From positions 1,344,001 through 1,408,000 of the forward strand of contig CAVOXA010000010.1 of assembly GCA_963700285.1 (NCBI GenBank): 64,000 bases of DNA. The letters run 5' to 3'. The stretch comes from an uncultured Chloroflexia bacterium (GTDB lineage: Bacteria > Chloroflexota > Anaerolineae > JAAYZQ01). The first letter of the stretch is position 1; every line of letters begins with the position of its first letter. The notes under the pieces are model-generated. The model was not told where the DNA came from and made no database searches. It saw only the letters and a list, made by a program, of their open reading frames with translations. The translations under genes were made by a program, and so were the position numbers. This document shows positions 42,668-53,173 of this stretch, piece by piece.

Positions 42668-43021
42668 AGCTTGCTCCTTTTTTGTGACTACTGGTTTTGA
42701 GATTTTCGAGAGATTTCCGGGAAAACAGGCGGTTGGTTCGCCGCTTTGGTCTTTTGCTTTCTCAGTCATCGCCGCTTTCTCCGTTCATTCGGTTGCTCAT
42801 CACCGGACCGGCGGTGATGGCGGGTTGTTTTGACCAGGCCCGGCCGCCTGGACAACCTGGCCTATGGCATGCCGCTCTCATGTGCCTCTGTCTAGCACCT
42901 CCTTTCCGCACCAGCGGAATCCCGCCTCGCGAAGGGAGACGTCTTGCCCTGCTTGATCCAACCCTTTGGTTTGATCTGGCTGCTTTCAATCATCTCAACA
43001 CCCTCTTCCCGTGCGAAGTCA

Positions 43022-43097
43022 GCATGCGCATGCCGCGCCGGCTTGGGAATTCGGCCAGCACCGGCATTTCCGGCAGATCGGCCAGATCGCTGACAGT
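43022..43097 (-). pseudogene. Internal fragment of the Ala/Glu-rich hypothetical gene
   Basis: TVSDLADLPEMPVLAEFPSRRGMRM versus TVSDLADLLEMPVLAAFLEMRGMRL at 37180-37255. Confidence 0.75.
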
Positions 43098-43118
43098 TCC
43101 TCAACGCCGCTGGCGGTA

Positions 43119-46090
43119 TCACCGCAGCCGGCCGCCTAGTCCCACCACGGGACGATCGGCCCGCAGGCGCGCACAGGACGGGCAGAGCTCACGATCGAGG
43201 AGGGCCGCCATGTGATCCGGCAGGCGCTGCCGGACGAACTCCCGGTGCGCAGGCGTCTGCGTCGGCGCACCACATTCGCTGCAGGCCAGCAGCGGCTGTT
43301 CGCGCACGACGGTTCCGGTGATGATCGTGCGCCGCACCCCGTCCCGATCCTCGAGGTGGATCGCGCCCGTCGGGCAGACCTGCGTACAGGCGCCGCAGCC
43401 GATGCACAGCTCCGCAGGCCGCGTGAAGTCGAAGTAGGCGAGCCGGCCGGCCGTCGTGTCGGCCATGCGCAGCGCCTCGACGCCCATCTCGCTGCAGGCG
43501 GCCATGCACAGGCCGCAGCCGATGCAGATGTCGCAGCGCAGGCAGCGGCGGGCCTCGTCGTGCGCCATGGCGTCGGTCAGGCCCTCCTCGATCTGGACGT
43601 AGTTGCCCTCGCCGAGGACCTCTTCGACGGTCCTTTCGGGCATCGATGGCACGGCGCAGGTGGGTGCGATCGTGCGCCACGACCTCCAGGGGAACCACCT
43701 CGGCGTGGCGCACCGGCTGGCCGACGGCGGCGTCCATGGGCGCCCCGCGCAGCCAGGCATCGATGGAGGCCGCGGCGATCTTGCCGGAGCGGATCGCCTC
43801 CACGGCCGTCCGCGGGCCGTGCTGCGCGTCGCCGCCGGCAAAGACGCCCGGCACCTTGGTCATCAGGGTCTTCGGGTCCGCCACGATGAAGCCGCGGGTG
43901 ATTTTCGACCTCGCTGCCATCGAGGATCGTCAGGTCGGTGCCCTGACCGGTGGCGAGGATCACGTGATCGGCTTCGAGCGTCAGCAGGCGGCTGTCGTCG
44001 AAGACTGCGGATCGAAGCGGCCGTTCTCATCCGTGTCCGCTCGCAGAACTGCAGGGTCACCTCGCCATCCTCATCGATGCGCACCGGGCCCCAGCCCGGG
44101 TGCAGCTGGACGCCTTCGGCGACTGCGATTTCGATCTCGTGCGGGCTGGCCGGCATGTCGCGGCGCTTCTCGAGCGAGGTCAGGTCGACGTGCTGCGCGC
44201 CCTGCCGCAGAGCCGTCAGGGCGACGTCGATGGAGACGTTTCCGCCGCCGATGACGACGACCCGCGGCCCAACGCGCACCGGCTCACCGCTGCGCACGGC
44301 GTGCAGGAAGTCGATGCCGCCGAGCACGAAGGGCTGATGGACGCCTTCGATCGGGATCAGGCGCGCCCGCTGGGTGCCAAGGCCGAGGAACACGGCGTCG
44401 TAGTCCTTGCGGAAGGCCTCGAGGCTGTCGATCGGGCGCTGGTGTGGATTTGGACGCCCAGCACCCGGATCTGGTCGATCTCCTGGTCGAGCAGATCGGG
44501 CGGCAGGCGGTAGGCCGGAATGCCGTAGCGCAGCTGCCCGCCGGCCTTCTCCAGCGCCTCAAAGACCTCGACCTCATGACCATAGGTGCGCAGGTAGTAG
44601 GCCGCCGTGAGACCGGACGGACCGGAGCCGACGATGCCGATGCGCTTGCCGGTAGCGGGCGCGATCTCGGGCTTCGGGTAGCCGCCCTCGGCAAGGCAGT
44701 GCTCAGCCGCCTTGGCCTTCAGCGGCCGGATGAAGACGGCACCGTTGCTGCCGCCGCGCACGCAGGCGGATTCGCACGGCGCCGGGCAGACCAGGCCGCA
44801 GGTCAGCGGCAGCGGGTTGTCGCGCCGGATGACCTCGATGGTGGCGCGATAGTCGCCGTGGCCGAGGTGGGCGATGAAACTCGGGATGTCGATGTTGGCC
44901 GGACACGTGCGGTGGCAGGGCGCCGCGTGGTGCTCCAGATCCAGGCAGAGTCCCTCCGGGCAGGACTCGCGCCGGACATGGCTTTCCCACTGCTCGCGGT
45001 AGTAGCGCAGGGAGCTGCCCAGCGGCCAGGCGGCCGCCAGCCCCTGCGCGGCGAGCTCGAGCGCCACTTCGTCGAGCGCGGCGAGGTGTGCGGGCTCACC
45101 GCGGCCGAGGGTGATCTCGGCGGTCAGGCGCGCGGCGCGCGCCAGCAGCGCGCGCACCGGCGGCGCTTCGCCTTCGGCGAGCTGCCAATGGCGATAGAGC
45201 GCGCGGCGGGTCTGCTTGACGACGCACACGCCCTCGGCCATCACCATCAGGCTGGACGGCGCCGGGATGATGCTCGCCGGACGCGAAAGAGAGCGGATCG
45301 CACGACAGGTCCGCCTCGGAGAGCGGCAGGAAGCCGCCCAGGCCGTCGTCGAAGACAAGCACCGGATCCTGCACCTTCCACCTCGACGCCGCCGCCCCAG
45401 TCGTCGATCTGGCGGCGCAGGTTCCCGGCGCGCCGAGCTCGACCAGGCCGCGCTGCTTCATGCCGCGCCGCAGCGTCAGCAACGATGCATCGAGGTCCGA
45501 GGCGCCGGCGAACAGCAGGGCGATCCGGCACCAGGTCTCCGGCGTGTGGATCAGGCGTGACCCATCGCCGGGCTGTCGCTCTCCCCAGCAGCTCGGCCGG
45601 CTGTTGCGCGTCACCTCCACCTGCCGGCGAGGAACGGCGATCTGGGCGAGCGAACGGATGGCGTCGACCGCATTCAGGAAGGCCGCTTCGTGGCCGGTCA
45701 GCTCGGCCGGCAGGCGCAGCTCGATCTTGTGGCTGTCGCGCAGGCCGAGTGCGATCAGCACGCCCTCGGCCAGCAGCCAGGGAGCGCCGTCGAGAACGGC
45801 GGCCGAGCCGCGCGCCCGCACGTCGAAGGTCGGTCGCGTCGATCACCAGCACCGAAGGCCCGCGGCCGCGCAGGAATTGCCGCCAGGCGAGATAGACCGG
45901 TTCGCCGGCGCCTCCGCATTCGGCCAGGCCCGACTCCTGCACGACGCTGCAGGCGCTGCATGGGCGTCAGGGACTGGGCCTGCGTATAGCCCGGCAGCGC
46001 GCCGGCGAGGGTCTGCGCCGGCGGCACGGCGCCCGCCAGGGTGGCGGCGCCTGCGTCGAGCCACGTCGGCAGCATCTGGAGCTCGCTCAT
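43119..46090 (-). CDS. Multi-domain flavoprotein: degenerate NuoF-like + GltD/PreT-like FAD/NAD(P)H domain + ferredoxin (frameshifted)
   Basis: SGLAECGGAGEP; CHRTCPANIDIP..CGLVCPAPCESAC; GSGPSGL; LRYGIP; GGGNVSID; CLRCDICIGCGLC; CIGCGACTQVCP. Confidence 0.85.
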
Positions 46091-46614
46091 GGCTCCTCCT
46101 GACCGCCATCCAGCGGCTCGGCGATGATATGGCGGGCGTAACGCTCGCGGCGCGGATCCGGGACCTCGCTGGCGACGCCGAAGGAGAGGCAGCCGGTCAC
46201 GCACTTGGTGACGCAGGCCGGCTGCAGCCCGGCATCGACGCGATCCATGCAGTAGTCGCACTTGACCGCCTTGCGCGTGACCGGATCCCACTGCGGCGTG
46301 CCCCAGGGACAGGCCGCGATGCAGCTCTTGCAGCCGATGCAGAGGCTGGACTCGACGAAGACGATGCCGTCCTTCTCACGCTGCTGCATGGCGCCGGTCG
46401 GACAGGCCCTGACGCACCACGGTTCCTCGCAGTGGAAGCAGGGCATGAAGACGATGCGCATGCGCGGCTGTCCGCCGACGTCGATCGGGCCGAAGGTGAT
46501 GATCTTGCACGGGTCCGGGCCGGGGCCGAGGTCCTTGTTGGTCTTGCAGTGCACTTCGCAGGCCAGGCAGGCGATGCAGTTCGCTTCGTCGTGGTGAAGG
46601 ATGTAGGTGCTCAC
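46087..46614 (-). CDS. 4Fe-4S dicluster subunit (PsrB/DmsB/NrfC-like)
   Basis: Four Cys clusters: CIACLACEVHC, CFHCEEPWCVRACP, CIGCKSCIAACP, KCDYC..PACVTKC. Confidence 0.93.
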   Translation of the reverse strand: MSTYILHHDEANCIACLACEVHCKTNKDLGPGPDPCKIITFGPIDVGGQPRMRIVFMPCFHCEEPWCVRACPTGAMQQREKDGIVFVESSLCIGCKSCIAACPWGTPQWDPVTRKAVKCDYCMDRVDAGLQPACVTKCVTGCLSFGVASEVPDPRRERYARHIIAEPLDGGQEEP

Positions 46615-48770
46615 AGGTTACCTCCTTCCGCCACCCGGGCTTGATCTGGACGATGGTCTCGGTCAGCGCACAGCCACCGCCGGCCGGGTCGAAGTCGTAG
46701 AGCTTGCCGTGCTGCAGGCGCTGGTCGGCCACGCCGAGGCCGAGGGCGCGCGTGGCGAGCGGCACCGTGGCGCCGTAGCCGTGCAGCATGAAGACCGCCT
46801 CCGGATGGATCCAGGGTGTCACCCAGGCCTTGATGCTGCCGGCGTAGCTTCCACCTCCATCGGATCTCGACGGTATCGCCGTCGCCGATACCCAGCGGCC
46901 GTGGCGCGGTCGGGGTGGATCCAGAGCACCTGTTCCGGCGCGATCTCGTTGAGGATCGGGTTGTTGAGGGACTGGCCGTGCGCCAGGGTCGCCGTCCTCC
47001 CGAACAGCAGGTGGAAGCGGTCGTCGGCCGGCGCCGCCTTGGCCTCGTAGGGCGGCAGGCTGGGCAGCCCGGCCTGCTTCAAGACCTCGCTCTCGATCTC
47101 GATCTTGCCGGAGGGGGTCGGGAACTTGAGCTCGTCGCGCGGCATCAGCCTCGGCGCGTTGGCCAGGCTGACGAACCCCTTCTCGCGCATCTCGGCCACG
47201 GTGACACCGGTGCCCTCGAGCTGGTAGTTCCAGAGCTCCTCGATGGTCTCGAAGTCGAGCGCCTCCTTGATGCCCATGCGGCGCAGGATCTCGCGGAAGA
47301 TCCACCAGGCCGGACGGCTGTCGAAGCGCGGGGCGATCGCCTGGTCGCGCATGGAAAAGATCGGCACCGGGCCGTTCATCTGGCACAAGATATTGGCGCG
47401 CTCGAGGTAGGTCGCCTCGGGAAGGATGACGTCGGCGAACCAGCCCGTCTCCGAATAGCGCACGTCGATGGAGACGAGCAGCTTCAGCTTGTCCAGCGCG
47501 CGTTTCGCCGCCTCGGTATCGGGCATGCCGGTGATCGGATCATGGCGGTAGGCAAAGTAGGCGCCGATGCCGTAGGGCTGCGCCGTCTCCATGGCGGCGA
47601 AGGCCTGGTGCAACATGCCGATGTCCGGATCCCACTGCGGCCTGGTGGTGCCGGCGCCGTCCACGCGCGGCTCCTCGACTTTGGGCACACGGGCGGTCAG
47701 ATGGTTCAGGCCCTTGCGGCCGTAGTGCTCGGGTGACTTGGCCAGTATGAACCCACCCGGGATCTCGATGTTGCCCATCAGGACATTCAGGATCAGCGCC
47801 GTGCGGCTGACGTGGAACGACTGCTTGTGACGCGCCGTCATCCAGCCCGGATGAAAGATCACGTGTGGCGCATCGGCGGCGATCTCTTTGACGAAGGCGC
47901 GCAACTGCTCGGCGGGGACGCCGGTGTGACGCTCCTGCCATTCCGGCGTCGTGTCCTTGACCGCCTCGCGCAGATAGTCCATGCCGGAGACGAAGCGAGC
48001 GACAAAGTCCTTGTCGTACGCCTCCTGCTTCAGCACCTCGTGGATGATGGCGAGGTTCAGCGCATAGTCGCTGTTCGGGCGCACCTGCCAGTAGCGGGTG
48101 GCCTTGCAGGCGGTGAAGGTGGCGCGCGGATCGATGTAGGTGACGCGCATCCCGTTGGCCAGCGCGGCCATGAAGGCCTTGGCCTCCTTGACCATCAGCG
48201 ACTCGATGATGTTGCGGCCGTAGAGCACGAGGTGCTTCACGTGCCCCAGGTCGGGGATGAGCCCCTCGTGGCTGAAGCCGAAGAGCGTGAGCGCCGCGTT
48301 GTGTACGTTGCCGCTGCAGCCGGCGTCGTGGTTGAAGTAGTTCGGCGAGCCGAGCGCCTGCACGAAGGTCCGCGTCAGGTCGGTGAAGGGGCCGCCGCGA
48401 TCGGAGAGCGCGATGCCGCGCCGCGCCGAAGGCATCGATCGTCTCGTGCAGCTTGTCGGCAATGTAGTCGAGGGCCTCGTCCCAGGACGCGCGCCGCCAC
48501 TGGCCGCCGCCGCGCGGGCCCATGCGGATCAGCGGCGTCTGCGGCCGCTGGTCGTCGCCGTACTCGAGAGCCAGGCCGGCCGAACCCTTCGCGCAGAGGC
48601 TGGCGCCGATGGCCTTGTCGTGCGGATTGCCCTGCAGCCAGACCGCCCGCCCGTCCTCGACTGTCACTTCGATCGGGCAACGCACCGCGCACATGCCGCA
48701 CATGCTGTAGACCGTGCGTCGGCCCGGAGCGCCCACAGCCTGCTACGTTAGGTGCCATGGTGGAACTCAT
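46611..48770 (-). CDS. Molybdopterin (Mo-bisPGD) oxidoreductase, PsrA/PhsA-like, no Tat signal (frameshifted)
   Basis: CGMCAVRC..CAKG FeS0 motif; ASWDEAL; NHDAGC Mo-ligand region; ADVILPEATYLER; molydop_binding C-terminus. Confidence 0.88.
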
Positions 48771-48781
48771 TGCGGTCTCCT

Positions 48782-49835
48782 TTAGACGTCACTAAACTGA
48801 ACGATGACCTTGATGTCATCGGGTTCTCGATCCAGCGCCTGTTTGAAAGTTCTCCGGTGTTTCCCGCCGGGTGATGAGGCGCTCCAGCCACTTTGGATCG
48901 GCGCGCGGCCAAGCATTCGACCGGCCTTGTACCAGTGCCGCCTGTTGGCATTGACGCTGCCGACGATCACGACGTTATTCAGCACAACCGCAGCCGCCAC
49001 ATCGGCCGTGGTCCCCTGTGCACCGCCGCTGCCTATGCCGGTGAGACAGACAACGCCGCCCGCCGCGACGCCGAGCAGTGAATCGATAGATGACCTTGCC
49101 GACGCCGGTGCACTCGATGATGACATCCGGAGCAGGGTCGATATCGGCAACCGTGCCGGTGTGGTAGGTCGCGCCGAGAGCGCGTACGAGATCCGGCTTC
49201 GGTCCTGACTCGACCCGGTCAAGAACGTGGACGTCCAATCCGCGCTGAACCCCCTTGAGAGCGGCAAGCAGGCCGATGGGCCCCGCGCCCGTGATCAGGA
49301 CGTTGCGCGGCTCCCAGTAGGATTGCCGGCCAAACCCGACCGCGGCGGCGCTTTCCCATGCCTTGGTGATGACGGTTGTCGGTTCGAGCAGTACGCCCAG
49401 TATGCCGAGCGCAGGATCGACCTTGATCGCATATTCGGGCTCGATGCGCCAGCGTTCGGACATGAAACCATCGATCTGTTTGATGCCGCGTTCCGTGTAT
49501 TGGCCGTTTTGGCACATGTCCCACTCGCCCACCGCGCAGTTCGGGCACGGAACCGGGTCGGGACGGCGAACAATGCCCACGACCAGATCGCCCACCTTCG
49601 AGCCCTCTGGCCGGACCCGGGTCGATCACGCGGCCCAGAGATTCATGACCCAGCACGAGCCGCGTCTTGCCCGGAGGAGCCCAGCCATACTTGCCCTCCA
49701 CCATCTCGGCATCCGTCCCGCAAACACCGACGGCAATGGCTTCCACGAGCACCGAGCCGTCCTGCGGATCCGGTTCGGGGATATCTTCCAATCGTGCAGT
49801 CCCCGGTTTCTTGGTTCAAGAGTAATCGCTTTCAT
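48782..49835 (-). CDS. Zn-dependent glucose 1-dehydrogenase (MDR family; frameshifted)
   Basis: GVCGTD, LGHESLG, IVRRPDP..C..C....C, ERGIK, GAGPIG, GSVNANRRH. Confidence 0.88.
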
Positions 49836-49909
49836 CTTGTCTTCCTCGTCCTTTCTGGATCATGATGTTCGCCGGACCTGTTCCTAACGAAGGCAGGCGT
49901 TTTTCCATT

Positions 49910-51016
49910 TCAAGCGCCAACCAGTTGCAGGCAAACCGGCGTTGGCACACTGGCCACGTGCCCGGTTGCGGTCAGTTTCCCGGAATCTTGATCGATCCGG
50001 AACGTGACCACTGTGTCCGTATCCTGGTTTGCCACCAGCAGCAGCGCGCCGGATGGGTCAATGGCGAAATCGCGGGGCCCAATGCCCTGCGTCGATTCGT
50101 GCCCAACAACCGACAACTGGCCGGTCTCCTGGTCGACGGCATAGATGGCCAGGCTGTCGTGCCCCCGGTTCGAGGCGTACACAAAGCGACCGGAAGGCGC
50201 AACCTTGATTTCCGCACCCAGATTCTGTCCCTTGAAATCGTCAGGTACGGTTGAAATGGTCTGCACTGCCTCAAACACGCCCCACCGCTCCACGGTTTGG
50301 AAAACGGTGACTGTGGAACAGAGTTCGCTGATCACATAGATGAAGGGCCTGTGGGGGTGAAATGCCAGTGTCGCGGACCGGTGCCGGGCGGCATCTGCGT
50401 CCAGGGCGGGTCGCCTGGGATCAGCGTGCCCCGTTCCATATCGAGGCGGAACGCCATCAGCCTGTCCGTACCCAGGTCAATGGCCAGAATGAGGCTACGA
50501 TAGGGGCTAGGCACGATCATGTGGGCATGCGGGCCTTCCTGACGATCAGGGATGGGCCCAGAACCGGAAAACTGAACGGTGTCGGTTGCCTCTCCCAGGC
50601 GCCCGTCTTCCCGGACCGGTAGAACGCACACGCTGCCGGTCTCATAGTTGGCCACCAGGCAGTACCGTCCTTCCGGCTCAATGCTGGCATAGCAGGGTGC
50701 CAGACCGTGGGTCGATTTCTGGTTCAGATAGCTCAGGTGCCCGGTCACCGGATCGATGGCAAAGGCGCTCACCGTCCCATGCGGGCCTTTGCCGCCGGTG
50801 ATCTCGTTGACAGCGTACAGACGGCTCTGGTCCGGCGAGAGCGTCAGGTACGAAGGGTTGATCGTGCCGGCGCCGGTCACGGTAGCGGCATAGGTCAACT
50901 CGCCTGAAGCCGGATCCAGGTGGTAGACGTAGAACCCTTTGGCTTTCCCGTCAACAAATGACTCGCGCCGGGTATAGGTGCCAATGTAAGCGGTGAACCC
51001 TGTCTGGATGTGTCAT
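49910..51016 (-). CDS. pgl: (6-phospho)gluconolactonase, beta-propeller lactonase family (frameshifted)
   Basis: YIGTYT, NPSYL, VANY, RQEGPHAH, GPRH, YASNRGHDS, PRDF. Confidence 0.85.
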
Positions 51017-51030
51017 ATCTCAGCTTCTCC

Positions 51031-53132
51031 CTACACTCCCTTCTCGCTTGTTGTGACGCTGCGTGCGACCAGGATCACGGCCGAACGTGCCTCTGTCAAG
51101 CACGTGCTTGCGCCGTCGGACAGAAACACCGGCGGATCGACGAAATCCTCCGGGGCTGGCCGTCCGGTGTCGACCAGGCGAGCCCACCGCTGCCCCTCGG
51201 GCAAGTGCGGGCAGCTCAAATTCCAACGGCTCCCAATAGGCATTGAGCAGCACATGGAGGTGCTCCTCAATTGCTGGATCGGTCGGATTCAGAAGCTCAA
51301 AGGCCAGGCTGTGCGAGTTTTCGCCCCAGTCAGGTTCGTTCAAGCGGACCCCGTGCCAGATGACGTCGGTCCCTGCTGGGTTCAAACCAATAGCGCCGGT
51401 CGCGGTAAGAGCTGGCTGCCCTGGCGGAAACGGAGGAGGCCGCTCACAAACCGGAACAGATCGCCGTGCTGCTGTCAACCCGGCTCCAGTCAAACCAACT
51501 GATCTCGTTGTCCTGGCTGTAGGCATTGTTGTTGCCCTGCTGGGTGTGGCGCACCTCGTCGCCCATCAGGAACATGGGCCGGCCCTGCGACATGAGCAGA
51601 ATGCGTAAAGAAATTGCGGATCTGGCGCTCGCGCAAGGCTTCGACGCTGCGGATCGTCTGTCGGACCTTCTAGCCCGCAGTTCCAGCTATCGTTCTGATC
51701 GTTGCCGTCCCGATTGTCTTCGCCGTTGGCCTCGTTGTGTTTGTCATTGTAGGAGACCAGATCGTTGAGGGTAAAGCCATCGTGGGCCGTAACAAAGTTG
51801 ACGCTGCGCATGCGGATCCCGGTCGAGCTGCGAGAAGACATGAAAGCTACCGCTGACGGCATCGGCCAGGTCGCTAACCGTGCCTGTGTCGCCCTTGACG
51901 AAGCGACGCACGGTATCGCGGTAGCGGCCGTTCCAGACCGCCCAGCGGTCGCCGACGAAGGAGCCGACCTGGTAGAGGCCGGCCGCGTCCCAGGCTTCGG
52001 CGATGATCTTGGTCCCGGCCAGCACCGGGTCGGAATCGATATCCCACAAGATGGGCGGGGTCTTCAGGGGCTGATTGTCCTGACCGCGCGACAGAACGGA
52101 GGCCAGGTCAAAACGGAAGCCATCGACGTGCATCTGTTGCACCCAGTAGCGCAGGCTGTCCATGATCAAGCGCCGGACGATGGTGTGGTTGCCGTTGAGC
52201 GTGTTGCCAACCCCGCTATCGTTGATGTACTCCGCCCGGTTGTCCGGGTCCAGCAAGTAGTACACCGGATTGTCGATCCCCCGCAACGAGATCGTCGGGC
52301 CGTCGTGACTGTCCTCGGCCGTGTGGTTATAGACCACATCCAGGATGACCTCGATGCCGGCCCGGTGCAGGGCCTTGACCATGTCACGGAACTCATCCAG
52401 CGGCGCCAGCCAATCCTGGCGCGAACTGTAGGCCCGGTGCGGGGCAAAGAATGCGACAGGCTCATAGCCCCAGTAGTTGGGCCGCCCGCCTGGCGCCGAC
52501 TGGCGGTCGAACTGGAAGACCGGCAGCAGTTCGACGATTTCGACGCCCAACCGCTGGAGATAGGGGATTTTCTCGATCAGACCGGCATAGGTGCCGCGTT
52601 TGTCTTCGGGCAGTCCGGAACTGGGATGTTTGGTAAAGCCGCGCACGTGCATTTCATAGATGGCGGCATCGTTAAAAGCGCGCCGGAGCGGCTGATCGCC
52701 TTCCCAGTCGTAGGTGCTGGGATCTGCGACCACGCCTTTCATCGCCGAAGCCAGGTTTTCCAGACCGTATTGGGATGCCGTGCTGCGGTCGTACTGATCG
52801 TCCACCACGGCCCGGGCATAGGGATCGAGCAGCAACTTGGAAGGATCAAAGCGCAGGCCCAATTCAGGCCGGTACGGACCCTTGAGCCGGTAGCCATAGA
52901 GCTGCCCCGGTTTGAGCCCCGGGACGAAAACATGCCAGTAGCTGCCGGTCCGATGGGTGTCCGCATCCAGTTGGATCACCGCCGCAGGTTGGCCCTCGTC
53001 AGGATGGTCGAAAAGAAGCAGATCCACCTCACTGGCGTGGTATGAAAAGAGCGAAAAGTTGACTCCATCGGCCAGAGGAGTCGCCCCTAGCAGGTCAGGT
53101 GTTCCCGGCCTAAGGCCATTGATACTTGTCAT
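51031..53132 (-). CDS. glgX: Glycogen debranching enzyme (GH13; frameshifted 3' part)
   Basis: [46 protein letters not shown]. Confidence 0.93.
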
Positions 53133-53173
53133 TGTCCCCTTGTCTGCGATCCGCTTTTCGCCGGCTTGCGGGC

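Noticed and set aside
42762-42993. Small ORFs with RBS-like sequences (MIESSQIK..., MRAACHRP...)
   Set aside because: Short, with no recognisable similarity, and located in a junction region containing gene debris
46611-48770. Selenocysteine in the Mo enzyme
   Set aside because: The ligand region reads NHDAGC with a normal Cys codon; no in-frame TGA was seen there
507-52000. Mass pseudogenisation or programmed frameshifting
   Set aside because: Indels are scattered without in-frame stops or consistent slippery sites; sequencing error is more parsimonious
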